This document shows, one piece after another, positions 43,390-53,660 of a DNA stretch of 64,000 bases (within the stretch, counting starts at the first letter, position 1; each line of letters starts with the position of its first letter). The notes under the pieces were generated by a model. That model saw only the letters and a program-made list of their open reading frames with translations. It was not told the origin of the DNA and did not search any database. A program made the position numbers and the translations under genes. The stretch comes from a virus: positions 3,483-67,482 of IMG/VR virus record IMGVR_UViG_3300003316_000080. One strand, written 5' to 3'.

Positions 43390-43966
43390 TTCGTCAGTGG
43401 CCGGCTACCTGCCGTTTACGACCGACAACGGTCTGTATGACGACGCGCTGGAGGACTTCTATCACGACGTGCTGGTGGGGCTAACTGGTCTGCCCAACAA
43501 CCTCGTGCGTCCGAAGTTCATTCAGGAGCCCTCGCAGCAACCTGGGTTCGAGGTCAACTGGATGACGTTCTCCTTGCTGCAGACGTCCGCAGACTCGCAG
43601 CATTACGAGGGTCATGATCCTGAAGACGAGGGCACCACCACGATCGAGCGCGATCGCATCATCACGGCGCGGCACACCTTCTACGGGCCCAACATGACGC
43701 AGTACGCAGAGCGCCTGCGCACGATGCTCAGCCTGAGCCAAAATCGCGACCAACTGATTGGCGCGGGCTTCGGCTGGATCTCGACAGGTGACCTGATCCC
43801 ACTGCCGGCGCTGATCAAGGAACGCTGGGTACACAAGTGCGAGATCCTTGTGCGCTACCGGTTCCGTGCCGCTACTCTCTTCCGTGTTCTCAACCTTCTG
43901 TCGGCACAAGCGACAATCAACACAGACGAGCCGCCGCGCTCAGTCAGCATCGAAGTCAACCCGTAA
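43376..43966 (+). CDS. hypothetical tail completion protein
   Basis: Position upstream of sheath. Confidence 0.45.
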   Translation: MMASDSSVAGYLPFTTDNGLYDDALEDFYHDVLVGLTGLPNNLVRPKFIQEPSQQPGFEVNWMTFSLLQTSADSQHYEGHDPEDEGTTTIERDRIITARHTFYGPNMTQYAERLRTMLSLSQNRDQLIGAGFGWISTGDLIPLPALIKERWVHKCEILVRYRFRAATLFRVLNLLSAQATINTDEPPRSVSIEVNP

Positions 43967-43975
43967 GGAGCCAAC

Positions 43976-45481
43976 ATGGCAACCACGCCCGTTCAATTAC
44001 CGCTGTCTCGTCTGATCAACGTCGCTGTTGTTCTGACCGCAGCAGCTGCTCAAGCGCAGAACCTGTCGACCCTGCTCATCCTGGGCACGTCATCTGTGAT
44101 CGACACCGTGACGCGCCAGCGCGATTACGAATCCCTCACCGATGTCGGCGCCGATTTCGGCAGCAGCGCACCTGAATATCTGGCCGCCCAGATCTACTTC
44201 GCGCAGTCGCCTCAGCCCACCACGCTGAAGATCGGCCGCTGGTTCCTGACGGCCGCTGCGGGCTCGCTGGTGGGTAAGACACTGAGCGCGGCTGAACAGA
44301 CACTGGCGAACTTCACTGCCGTGACCTCGGGTGGTTTCACCTACACCAAGAACGGCGGCGCTCCGACCAACGTGACGGGCATCAATCTGTCCACGGCAAC
44401 CAACCTCAACGCGGTTGCCTCGCTGATCACGGCGGCGCTCACGGGTGCCACGATGGTCTGGAATGCGCAGTACCAGCGCTTCGAACTGACTTCGGCCGCC
44501 ACCGGCGCGACTTCAGCGATCAGCTTTCTGACGGCGCCGGGCTCTGGCACCGACATCAGTGCACTGCTGGGCATGACGGCCGCATCGTCGGGTGCCTACC
44601 AAGCGCCCGGTGCTGACGCAGAAACGCCGATCGCCGCAGTAACGTTGTTCGAGCAGAACTGGGGCCAGACGTGGTACGGCCTGCAGATGCTGGGTATCAG
44701 CGGTGGCGGCGCAACTGCTGACCATCTCGCTGTCGCTCAGTTCATCGAAGGCACGAACACGAAGCACGTGTACGGCATCACGACTCAGGATGCAGCGGCC
44801 CTCGTGCAGGGCAACACCACCAACGTCGGTGCGGTCATGAAGGCCAACGGCCTAGACAAGACGATGGTGCGCTATTCGTCGAAGTCGCCGTATGCGGTCG
44901 CAACTGACTTCGGCCGCATGCTGACGGTGAATTACAACGGCGAAAACACCGTCATCACGATGATGTACAAGCAGACGCCGGGGCTGGAGGCTGAGGCCAT
45001 CAACAGCACGCAGGCGAACGCGCTGCAGTCCAACAACATCAACGTGTCGGCGGGCTACTCGAACGGCACCGCAATCACGCAGTACGGCGTCATGTCGTCG
45101 GGTGAATACATCGACACGATCTTTGGCATCGACTGGCTCGCGGTGACCGTGCAGACGAATCTGTACAACGCCCTGTACACGACGACCACGAAGATCCCCC
45201 AGACCGACGCCGGTCAGAACCTCCTGAACACCAAGGTGGAAGAGGTCTGCCAACAGGGTGTGACCAACGGTCTGCTGGCACCGGGCGTGTGGAACGCAAC
45301 AGGCTTCGGCACGCTGAAGCAAGGCGACTACATGGAGAAGGGCTACTACGTGTACAGCGCTCCGATGCGCACGCAGAACCAGTCCGATAGGCAAGCACGC
45401 AAGTCGATGCCGATCCAGGCCGCTGCCAAGCTCGCTGGTGCGATCCACACGGTGCAACTGACCGTTACCGTCAACCAGTAA
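43976..45481 (+). CDS. tail sheath protein
   Basis: ~500 aa Thr/Ala/Gly-rich protein immediately upstream of tube and chaperone genes. Confidence 0.6.
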   Translation: MATTPVQLPLSRLINVAVVLTAAAAQAQNLSTLLILGTSSVIDTVTRQRDYESLTDVGADFGSSAPEYLAAQIYFAQSPQPTTLKIGRWFLTAAAGSLVGKTLSAAEQTLANFTAVTSGGFTYTKNGGAPTNVTGINLSTATNLNAVASLITAALTGATMVWNAQYQRFELTSAATGATSAISFLTAPGSGTDISALLGMTAASSGAYQAPGADAETPIAAVTLFEQNWGQTWYGLQMLGISGGGATADHLAVAQFIEGTNTKHVYGITTQDAAALVQGNTTNVGAVMKANGLDKTMVRYSSKSPYAVATDFGRMLTVNYNGENTVITMMYKQTPGLEAEAINSTQANALQSNNINVSAGYSNGTAITQYGVMSSGEYIDTIFGIDWLAVTVQTNLYNALYTTTTKIPQTDAGQNLLNTKVEEVCQQGVTNGLLAPGVWNATGFGTLKQGDYMEKGYYVYSAPMRTQNQSDRQARKSMPIQAAAKLAGAIHTVQLTVTVNQ

Positions 45482-45507
45482 GAACTTTCATCTGAAGGAG
45501 AGCCACC

Positions 45508-45951
45508 ATGGCTGCAAAAACCTACTCGTTCGCGGATGTGGTTGCCGCGCTGTCGGGCCCCGGTGGCTTGATCAACGTCGGCGCCGGCGCGGGCCCGTCG
45601 AAGGAAGGTGTGACCGTCACCCCGGGCGCGGACGCCAACATCATGCAGATCGGCGCTGACGGCGGCGGCCAGCACAGCATGACGTCCGATTTCTCCGGCA
45701 CGATCACGATCCGTCTTCTGAAGACGTCGCCTACTAACGCACTGCTGGCGGCGATGCTGAGCTTCCAGCGCGCGTCGGCGGCCAACTGGGGTCAGAACAC
45801 CTTCAGCCTCGCGGACAAGAACCGCAACGACATCGTGACGGCCTCGCAAGTCGCTTTCAAGAAGTGGCCTGACCTGACCTTCGCGGAAGAAGCCGGCGTC
45901 AACGAATGGGTGTTCGACGCCGTGCGTATCTCGATGGCACTCGGCGCCTGA
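45508..45951 (+). CDS. tail tube protein
   Basis: 147 aa; between sheath and chaperone. Confidence 0.55.
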   Translation: MAAKTYSFADVVAALSGPGGLINVGAGAGPSKEGVTVTPGADANIMQIGADGGGQHSMTSDFSGTITIRLLKTSPTNALLAAMLSFQRASAANWGQNTFSLADKNRNDIVTASQVAFKKWPDLTFAEEAGVNEWVFDAVRISMALGA

Positions 45952-45986
45952 TCCACCTCCCCTTCTCTCCCTGTCAAAGCAAAATC

Positions 45987-46472
45987 ATGAGCAACATCGT
46001 AGAAGTCCAAGGTCAGAGGTACTCCATCGGAAGACTCGACGTGTTTGTGCAGATGCACATTGCACGTCGAGTCGGTACCGTCATCAACGAGATCGAAGCG
46101 GCCAAGTACGAGATGTACCAAGACGGCACGCTGGCAGAACTGATCGAAGGCGAAGATCCGGTGCTGAGGGCCTCGCGAATCATGCATGGCATGGTAAAGG
46201 CAGGCTGGCGCGCAATGGGCGCCATGGCACAAGATGACGCCGACTACGTGATGTTCGAGTGCCTGAAGGTCGTCCAGCGCGAGCAGCAAGGTGGCGACTG
46301 GGCCAAGGTCGTCACGGGCAAGCAAGCACTTTTCGCGGACATGACGGGACAGGTGCTGATGCGTCTGGTCGTCGAAGTCTGCAAGGAGAATCTGGCCGAT
46401 TTTTTTCCTTTGCTGAGCGGCATGCAAGATTCCTCGGAGAGTGCCGACACATCGTCGGCGACGGGGGCGTGA
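45987..46472 (+). CDS. tail assembly chaperone (zero-frame product)
   Basis: Between tube and tape measure; contains T7 slippery run near its 3' end. Confidence 0.55.
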   Translation: MSNIVEVQGQRYSIGRLDVFVQMHIARRVGTVINEIEAAKYEMYQDGTLAELIEGEDPVLRASRIMHGMVKAGWRAMGAMAQDDADYVMFECLKVVQREQQGGDWAKVVTGKQALFADMTGQVLMRLVVEVCKENLADFFPLLSGMQDSSESADTSSATGA

Positions 46473-46657
46473 CGCTCATAGGGCTGGAAGGAGGTGAGCA
46501 GTTCCTTCTCCAGCCCGTGCACGCAGGGATGTGCACATATCTGGATCTGAAGAACGGTTCTCTGTCCCTCTATGACGTGGCTCTGCTCAATGAGTACCTG
46601 GAAATGGAGGCAGAGAACAGAGCCCGCCTAGAAGCGGCACGACCAACAAGGAGTTGA
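46400..46657 (+). CDS. tail assembly chaperone -1 frameshift extension
   Basis: Heptamer T-TTT-TTT at 46400-46406 (codons gat ttt ttt); -1 frame stays open to 46657, 1 nt before tape-measure start. Confidence 0.5.
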   Translation, partial: FFSFAERHARFLGECRHIVGDGGVTLIGLEGGEQFLLQPVHAGMCTYLDLKNGSLSLYDVALLNEYLEMEAENRARLEAARPTRS

Positions 46658-46658
46658 C

Positions 46659-48104
46659 ATGGCAGCTGGTTCCTCTGAAGTCCTGCGCGAGTATCTGATT
46701 CGTCTGGGCTTCCAGATCGACCAGCGCGGCCAACGCAACTTCGACACGGCAACGGTCAACATCCAGAAACGCGTGATGGGAATCGCGCAGGCTGTGACCG
46801 CCGTGACGGGTGCTGCAACCGCAATGGTTGTCTCGTACACCCGCGACATGGAGAAGATGTATTACGCCTCCCGTAAAGCGGAGGCGCCTGTCGCAGCGCT
46901 GAACAACCTCGCATACGGATACCGTCAGATCGGACTGGATGGTAAACAGGCGATTGCCACAGTCGAAGGCATTGCACGCAGCATGCGCAGCAACCCGGGC
47001 TTGACGGCATTGCTGAAGGACCTGGGAGTGCCCGTGCAGGGCCGCACCAAAGATCAGGTACTGCTGGACCTCGTCGGTGCCTTGCGCAAGATGCCTGAGC
47101 ACATCGCCATCCAGTACGGCAACCTGTTTGGGATCGACCCTGATCAGCTGAAACTTCTTACTGAAGGCTATGACAAGTTGCTGGCTGCTGAGAAGCAGCG
47201 CCAGATGATGACGCAGGGTCTGAACATCGATACAGAGGCAGCGGCAAAGGCTGCTGTCGAATATGCGAATGCACTCGACAAGGTGACGGAGCGCGCCAAG
47301 ATCCTGTTTAGCGTCATTTCCGTTGGCATGCTGCCTTACTTCAAGCAGATGACGTCCAATCTGGACGAGATGCTGAAGAGCATGACACGCGTCGCTGCTT
47401 TTGCTCAAAAGGCCACGCCTGCTGAATTCTGGGCAGAGACGAAGAATCAGGCCCGGCTGCTGTGGGAGACGCTGTCGGGCAGTCGCGGCAGTGTGACGCT
47501 GAGCCCGCGAGCCCAGGCGCAGAAGGACACAGCAGGCTTGTCGGGCCTCCCCGCCCTCCCACCAGGGCCGCCAGCGCCAGCTGGCAATTTGCCCCTAGGC
47601 CTGCGGAACAACAATCCTGGCAACTTGCGCGCCGGCTTGGGTCAGACGGGCATGAACCGGGGGTTCGCAACTTTCGACACGCCGGAGCAGGGCCTTGCTG
47701 CAATGGCGCGGCAGCTACTGCTGTACCAGAACCGCGACGGCCTCAAGAACATCTCGCAGATCATCAAGAAGTACGCACCGGCCAGCGAGAACAACACACA
47801 GGCATACATCGACGCAGTAACGAAGGCGACAGGCTTCAACTCTCAGGAGTACATTGACCTCAACGCGACAGGCAATCTGGCCGCGATCATGGAGGCCATG
47901 GTCAAGCACGAGAATGGGCGCAATCCGTTCTCGTCTGCCCAGTTTGAGACAGCGGCACGTCAGGGTGCCGCCTTCCAGCAGCAGACCAATATCACCGTCT
48001 ATGGCGCCACAGACCCCACAGCAACGGCAAATGCCATCGGCGGTCAGCAGCGCTCTGTCAACTCCGATCTGATGCGTCAGATGGGCACACGCAAGGTGGA
48101 ATAA
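46659..48104 (+). CDS. tail tape measure protein
   Basis: AAGGAG RBS; long helical protein following chaperone pair. Confidence 0.55.
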   Translation: MAAGSSEVLREYLIRLGFQIDQRGQRNFDTATVNIQKRVMGIAQAVTAVTGAATAMVVSYTRDMEKMYYASRKAEAPVAALNNLAYGYRQIGLDGKQAIATVEGIARSMRSNPGLTALLKDLGVPVQGRTKDQVLLDLVGALRKMPEHIAIQYGNLFGIDPDQLKLLTEGYDKLLAAEKQRQMMTQGLNIDTEAAAKAAVEYANALDKVTERAKILFSVISVGMLPYFKQMTSNLDEMLKSMTRVAAFAQKATPAEFWAETKNQARLLWETLSGSRGSVTLSPRAQAQKDTAGLSGLPALPPGPPAPAGNLPLGLRNNNPGNLRAGLGQTGMNRGFATFDTPEQGLAAMARQLLLYQNRDGLKNISQIIKKYAPASENNTQAYIDAVTKATGFNSQEYIDLNATGNLAAIMEAMVKHENGRNPFSSAQFETAARQGAAFQQQTNITVYGATDPTATANAIGGQQRSVNSDLMRQMGTRKVE

Positions 48105-48740
48105 ATGTCAGGTGTCGGCATCATCGCAGCGGGGGCCCAACTGGGCCTCCAGTCCATTGTGGTTAAGCCCCGCCGCTCCATCGGCACACTAAGTCCACAG
48201 GTGACGATCTCTGAACTGCACACGGATGAACTCGACATCACGGACCATCCTGTCGAGCGTGGTTCTGTGATCACCGATCATTCGTACAAGCGACCGGCCG
48301 AGGTGGTCATTGAGTGCGGGTGGAGCAACTCGCCGTCGGAAACGGGCTACTTCAATGGGCTGCTCTCGGGCCTTGCCGGCACTGTGACTGGCGTTCAGTC
48401 ACTGCTGTCAGGCAACTCGGCGAGTCAGGTGCGCGAGTGGTACACGAAGTTGCTCAAACTGCAGGCCGATCGCGAGCCCTTCGATGTGTACACGGGCAAG
48501 CGCGTGTACAAGAACATGCTGATTCGTCAGATCATCACCCGCACCGATAAGAACACAGAAAACGTGTTGATGGTCACGGTGACTCTGCGTGAGGTGCTGC
48601 TGGTCAGCACCAAGGTGGTCACGCTGGCTGCTGACAAGAGCGCACAGAAGACACCGGACAAGACGCAGCCCACATCTGATCGCGGCACACAGGCCCTGGG
48701 TCCCGGATCGAGCTACACGACCCCAGGCCCGTCTAACTGA
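48105..48740 (+). CDS. tail/baseplate protein
   Basis: Position after tape measure. Confidence 0.45.
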   Translation: MSGVGIIAAGAQLGLQSIVVKPRRSIGTLSPQVTISELHTDELDITDHPVERGSVITDHSYKRPAEVVIECGWSNSPSETGYFNGLLSGLAGTVTGVQSLLSGNSASQVREWYTKLLKLQADREPFDVYTGKRVYKNMLIRQIITRTDKNTENVLMVTVTLREVLLVSTKVVTLAADKSAQKTPDKTQPTSDRGTQALGPGSSYTTPGPSN

Positions 48741-48747
48741 GGTGGCT

Positions 48748-49056
48748 ATGACTCCCTACGAAATTCCGTTGGTCAACGATCCGCAGACGCTGCAGATCCC
48801 GCTGGGCGGCGTCGTGTACACGCTCACGGTGCAATTCAACAGCATTGCCGGTTCGTGGACCCTCGACATCGCTGATGCGCAGCGCGTTCCTATCGTGTCT
48901 GGAATTCCACTGGTCACAGGTGTGGATCTGCTGGAACAGTACGAGTACCTGGGCATCGGCGGCCGGCTGGAGGTGCAGTCGGACGGTGATGTGACGGCTG
49001 TGCCCCAGTTCAACGACCTGGGAGTCACCGGTCGCCTCTTCTTCGTGGTGGAGTGA
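48748..49056 (+). CDS. small tail protein
   Basis: GAGGTGG RBS. Confidence 0.45.
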   Translation: MTPYEIPLVNDPQTLQIPLGGVVYTLTVQFNSIAGSWTLDIADAQRVPIVSGIPLVTGVDLLEQYEYLGIGGRLEVQSDGDVTAVPQFNDLGVTGRLFFVVE

Positions 49057-49997
49057 TGGCGAACTCTGATCTTCAGTACAAGCGCAAGTGCACCTTGGTC
49101 GTGACCGAGGGTGAGAAAGGTCTGGACCTTTCTGAACTGCGCATTACCTTCGCCACGCAGCAGCAGGACGTGGAAAGCCCTTCCAATGTGCTGATCCGCG
49201 TGTACAACCTCGCAGACGACACGGAGAAGCGCATCCGGGGCGAGTTCTCACGTGTGACGCTACAAGCTGGCTATGACGCTGCGTTTGGCGTCATCTTCCA
49301 AGGCCAGATCAAGCAATTTGGCATGGGCCGTGTCGATGCCAAGAACAAGTATCTGGACCTGCTTTGCGCGGATGGCGATGAGGCATACAACTTCGCTTAC
49401 GTCAACAAGACGTTGGCGGCAGGATCGAATGCGCGCGATGAGGTCAACGCGGCAGGTGCTGCCATGAAGCCCCACGGCATTGATATGGGCTACATCGCTG
49501 ATGCGACGGGCGGTGTGCTGCCGCGCGGCAAAGTGCTGTTCGGCCTCGCACGTGCGTCCATGCGCCGGGCAGCGCGCAACATGGGCACAAGCTGGACGAT
49601 CAATAACGGTCAGGTGAACGTGGTGCCGCTTGACGGCTACCTGCCTGGGGAAGCTGTCGCACTGAACTCGCAGACCGGCATGATCGGTGTGCCCCAGCAG
49701 ACGGAAAACGGACTGATCGTCACGTGCCTACTGAACCCAAAGATTGTGGTGGGTGGCCTCATCCAGATCAACGAGCGGGACATCAATCGCGTGATTGGTG
49801 CTCCTGGCAACACGGCTAACGTCGCTTACAACACGTACACAGGCGTGCAGCGCTTTGCGACCACGACCTTCGACGGCTTCTATCGTGTGATCGTTGCGGA
49901 ACACCGAGGCGACACGCGCGGCCAAGAGTGGTACACGACAATGACCTGCCTCGCAGTCAACCGTGACACGCTGAAGATTGCACCGGAGACGACATGA
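49053..49997 (+). CDS. baseplate hub-like protein
   Basis: ATGA overlap; position. Confidence 0.45.
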   Translation: MMANSDLQYKRKCTLVVTEGEKGLDLSELRITFATQQQDVESPSNVLIRVYNLADDTEKRIRGEFSRVTLQAGYDAAFGVIFQGQIKQFGMGRVDAKNKYLDLLCADGDEAYNFAYVNKTLAAGSNARDEVNAAGAAMKPHGIDMGYIADATGGVLPRGKVLFGLARASMRRAARNMGTSWTINNGQVNVVPLDGYLPGEAVALNSQTGMIGVPQQTENGLIVTCLLNPKIVVGGLIQINERDINRVIGAPGNTANVAYNTYTGVQRFATTTFDGFYRVIVAEHRGDTRGQEWYTTMTCLAVNRDTLKIAPETT

Positions 49998-50734
49998 GCG
50001 ACCGCCGCGAACGCATTGACGATCTGCCCACTGTCATGCAGGGCATGCTGGAGCAGTTCCAGTCCACCCTGTGGACGGCCATGCCGGCGCGGATCGTCAG
50101 CATCACCTCGATGCGAGACAAGATCATCGTGGATTGCCAGCCAACCCTGCGCTGCAAGTTCAACAACAAGGATGGTGGCTTTGAGTGGGTCGACATGCCA
50201 GTGCTCGCAGACGTGCCAGTTGTCTTTCCGTCAGGTGGTGGCTTCATGCTGGCCTTTCCACTGAAGATCGACGATGAGGTGCTGGTTGTCTTCGCCAATC
50301 GATGCATTGATGCTTGGTGGCAGAGCGGTGGTGTTCAGAACCAGATCGAGTTCCGTACCCACGACCTTTCTGATGGCTTCGCACTGCCGGGTCCTTTCTC
50401 ACAGCCACGTGTGCCCCCTCAACCACTGAACAGCAACAATGTGCAGTTGAGGAACATGGAAGGTGACACTTTCGTGGAGATCACACCAAGCGGAACGGTG
50501 CGCATCAAGGCGACAGAGAGCTTGGAAGTACAGACACCGGTGGTGACTATCGCTGCTACTGACCATATCCTTCTGAGCGCGCCGACGATCCAGATCAGCG
50601 GCGACGTCCAACAACTTGGCGGTGATGTGTCCTTCGCTGGCGGCACCCTCACCCACCAAGGTGTCAATGTGGGCAGTACCCACAAGCACAGTGGTGTGGC
50701 GCCGGGCAGCAGCAACACAGGAAACCCAGTATGA
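49994..50734 (+). CDS. baseplate spike protein (gpV-like)
   Basis: C-terminal GVNVGSTHKHSGVAPGSSNTGNP resembles the gpV/gp5-type spike tip. Confidence 0.6.
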   Translation: MSDRRERIDDLPTVMQGMLEQFQSTLWTAMPARIVSITSMRDKIIVDCQPTLRCKFNNKDGGFEWVDMPVLADVPVVFPSGGGFMLAFPLKIDDEVLVVFANRCIDAWWQSGGVQNQIEFRTHDLSDGFALPGPFSQPRVPPQPLNSNNVQLRNMEGDTFVEITPSGTVRIKATESLEVQTPVVTIAATDHILLSAPTIQISGDVQQLGGDVSFAGGTLTHQGVNVGSTHKHSGVAPGSSNTGNPV

Positions 50735-51087
50735 AGTACCGCAAACAAGATGCTGACGGCGACTACATCTTTGGGCGTGGTGACGCCCAGTTGTTTGTCG
50801 ATTCACCTGAAGGCGTTGCCCAGGCCATCAAGACGCGGCTACTGCTCGCCACTGGTGAGTGGTTCTTGGACGTCGACGCTGGCACGCCCTACAAGGAAAG
50901 CATTCTGGGCTACGGCACGCAGGGTTCGCGGGATCTCGCCGTCAAGGCGCGCATCCTCGAAACACCCGGAGTGTCTGAGATCCTAGAATACTCATCGGAC
51001 GTGACGAACCGTCAATTCACTGTGTCTGCCCGGGTGCAGACGATCTACAGCACCACGGTTCTGCCCACGATCAACGTGACCTTTTAA
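50731..51087 (+). CDS. baseplate protein W (gp25-like)
   Basis: 118 aa, GxW-type composition, between V-like and J-like genes. Confidence 0.55.
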   Translation: MKYRKQDADGDYIFGRGDAQLFVDSPEGVAQAIKTRLLLATGEWFLDVDAGTPYKESILGYGTQGSRDLAVKARILETPGVSEILEYSSDVTNRQFTVSARVQTIYSTTVLPTINVTF

Positions 51088-51096
51088 GAGGGCCGC

Positions 51097-52287
51097 ATGG
51101 CAACCTACCCGCTTTCCACGCTCGCCGCACAGGTCACAGCGACCGGCATCTCCGCTCCGTCCTATGCCGACATCTTCGAGTCGCTGAAGGCGTCGGCGCG
51201 CAACATCTTCGGACCGGATCTGTATCTCGAAGAGGACAGCCAGGACGGCCAACTGCTGGCTGTGTTTGCCTTGGCGATTCACGATGCCAACCAGACGGCG
51301 ATCAAGGTGTACAACGGCTTTAGTCCGCAGACGGCCCAGGGTGTGGGCCTGTCCAACGTGGTCAAGATCAATCACATCAAGCGAGCCCCTGCCTCAAATT
51401 CACAAGTTCTGCTAGAACTGACAGGCGTCGCCGGCACGACTATCAACACTGGTGTGGTGTCGGATGTCTTCGGCAATAAGTGGAACCTGCCAGGGGTTGT
51501 GGTGATTCCACCAGCCGGCACTATCACCGTGACGGCCGCGGCACAAGAGGTCGGCGCACTCAGTACCGGAATCGGCACGATTACTCAGATCGTCACTCCC
51601 GTCGCTGGCTGGCAGACAGTGACGAACCCAGCAGTACCCTCGCCGGGTCAGGCTGTCGAGTCTGATGCCGAGTTGCGCGCCCGTCAAGAGATCGCACCGG
51701 CACTGAACTCGTACACAGTATTGGATGGCCTTACCTCCAACCTGGAGGCGCTCACTGGTGTTGACTACGTGCGTGTGTACGAGAACGACACCAACGCGAC
51801 CGATTCCATGGGACTGCCAGCACACTCGATCGCTGCCGTGGTGCGCGGTGGTGACCTGCAAGACATTGTGGAGACGATCTACAAGTTGAAGGGACCCGGC
51901 GTCTATACGCATGGCACTACCAGTGGCACCGTGACTGACGTGAGCGGCACCGTCCACACGATCAGATACTTCGAGCCCACTGAAGAACCAATCAAGGCGG
52001 TGATCAACATCACGGCACTGACCAACTACACCAGTGTGACGGGCGACCGCATCAAGCAGGCGTTGGTTGACTATGTGAACGGCATGGACGTGGGTGAAGA
52101 CCTCGTGGTTAACCGCCTGTACACGCCAGCACTCCTGAATGGCGACCAGATCAACGAGACGTACAAGATCACGTCTCTGACAGCCTCGTTGTCTTCTGGA
52201 ACGCCTGGTACTGCCGACGTGCCCATCGCCTTCAATGAAAAGGCCATCTCTGATCTGTCTCAGATCACCCTTAACGTGACGGTCTGA
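51097..52287 (+). CDS. baseplate protein J-like
   Basis: ~396 aa following W-like gene. Confidence 0.55.
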   Translation: MATYPLSTLAAQVTATGISAPSYADIFESLKASARNIFGPDLYLEEDSQDGQLLAVFALAIHDANQTAIKVYNGFSPQTAQGVGLSNVVKINHIKRAPASNSQVLLELTGVAGTTINTGVVSDVFGNKWNLPGVVVIPPAGTITVTAAAQEVGALSTGIGTITQIVTPVAGWQTVTNPAVPSPGQAVESDAELRARQEIAPALNSYTVLDGLTSNLEALTGVDYVRVYENDTNATDSMGLPAHSIAAVVRGGDLQDIVETIYKLKGPGVYTHGTTSGTVTDVSGTVHTIRYFEPTEEPIKAVINITALTNYTSVTGDRIKQALVDYVNGMDVGEDLVVNRLYTPALLNGDQINETYKITSLTASLSSGTPGTADVPIAFNEKAISDLSQITLNVTV

Positions 52288-52289
52288 TC

Positions 52290-52931
52290 ATGTTCAATTA
52301 CACGAGTCTGATCACGAGCGAGCACCAGAAGCCGAAATTTACGGCGTGGGTGGAGGCGCTGACACAGCCATTCAACGACATCAACACCACGCAGGAAAAG
52401 ATTCAGGCCGGCTTTGACGTTGACGTGGCTGTGGGCGAACAACTGGACATGGTCGGCCTCTGGGTGGGCCTCAGCCGCGTTCAACAGGTGCCAATCGACG
52501 GCGTCTTCTTCACCTGGGACGATGCAGACCTGGGCTGGAACTTTGCTGTGTGGAAAGGCCCATTTGAGCCGACTCAAGGTGTTGTGTCGCTCGATGATGA
52601 GTCCTACCGCGCCGCAATTCTGGGCAAGATCGCCAGTAACTATTTTCTGGGCACCATCCAATCTGCAAACGAAATCGCGATGAACAGCTTCACGCTTTTT
52701 GGCGTGAATTACTTTTTCATCGATCACCAAGACATGAGCATTGACATCTACATCGCTGGTGGTGCATCGGCGGTGTTGATTGAAATGATCAGGCGTGGTG
52801 ACATCATCCCTAAGACGGCTGGTGTGCGCATCAATAGCATCACAGTTGCTCCGGGCCCGTTCTTTGCCCTCGATGCGCCCACAACACCTTTCAGCGCTGG
52901 CCTCGACGTTGGCGTCTTCAGCACCACCTAA
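52290..52931 (+). CDS. tail protein I-like
   Basis: Position between J-like gene and tail fibre. Confidence 0.5.
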   Translation: MFNYTSLITSEHQKPKFTAWVEALTQPFNDINTTQEKIQAGFDVDVAVGEQLDMVGLWVGLSRVQQVPIDGVFFTWDDADLGWNFAVWKGPFEPTQGVVSLDDESYRAAILGKIASNYFLGTIQSANEIAMNSFTLFGVNYFFIDHQDMSIDIYIAGGASAVLIEMIRRGDIIPKTAGVRINSITVAPGPFFALDAPTTPFSAGLDVGVFSTT

Positions 52932-52940
52932 GAGGAAACT

Positions 52941-53651
52941 ATGGCTACCACTGAGTATGTACCTTTCGCTAATGATCCGGCCGCGAATACACAGACGCCG
53001 GCTACATACACCGCAGACAGTCAGCGCACGATCGGCAACCAGCCCGGTATTGCTCGCAGTGAGTTCGTCAATACATCCTTGCGACAAGCATGCACAGGTG
53101 TGGCTGGCGTGGCTCAGTTTGCCGTCACAGAAGGCACGTTGGATCTGCCAGATGACGGTGATCCTGCCACTTTTGCGGCGGCGCTGAAGAATGCTATTCA
53201 GGCCCTCATCACCGGTGCGCAGTTCTGGAAGCCCGGTGATGTGAAAGCCACGATGGATTCAGGTGCGCAAACTGGTTGGCTCGAACTGAACGGCCAATTC
53301 ATCTTGCAAACGTCCTATCCAGCGCTGTATGCCATTGGTGTTGCGAATGGTTGGGCCACTACCGGCACTGGCCCGACAGCTGCTGTGCAGCTTCCTGATG
53401 GCCGCGCTGAATTCCTGCGTGGTGCTGATCTAGGTCGTAATGTGGATCCTGGGAGAACGTTGGGCAGTGCTCAAGGCTTTGCTATCCAGTCGCATACCCA
53501 CCAGATCATCGGTCTGCGTGATGCTGGGTCGGGTGGCCTTGACATCAACGGAGGCACTGGCCCTGTTGACGCTACTGGCAACACACAGGCCACTGGTGGC
53601 AGCGAAACGCGCCCCCGCAACATCACCGTCCGTTATCTGATCAAGACTTAA
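52941..53651 (+). CDS. tail fibre protein with collar domain
   Basis: AEFLRGADLGRNVDPGRTLGSAQGFAIQSHTHQ...ETRPRNI matches tail-collar motif; N-terminus similar to the next gene. Confidence 0.6.
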   Translation: MATTEYVPFANDPAANTQTPATYTADSQRTIGNQPGIARSEFVNTSLRQACTGVAGVAQFAVTEGTLDLPDDGDPATFAAALKNAIQALITGAQFWKPGDVKATMDSGAQTGWLELNGQFILQTSYPALYAIGVANGWATTGTGPTAAVQLPDGRAEFLRGADLGRNVDPGRTLGSAQGFAIQSHTHQIIGLRDAGSGGLDINGGTGPVDATGNTQATGGSETRPRNITVRYLIKT

Positions 53652-53660
53652 GGAGCCGTT

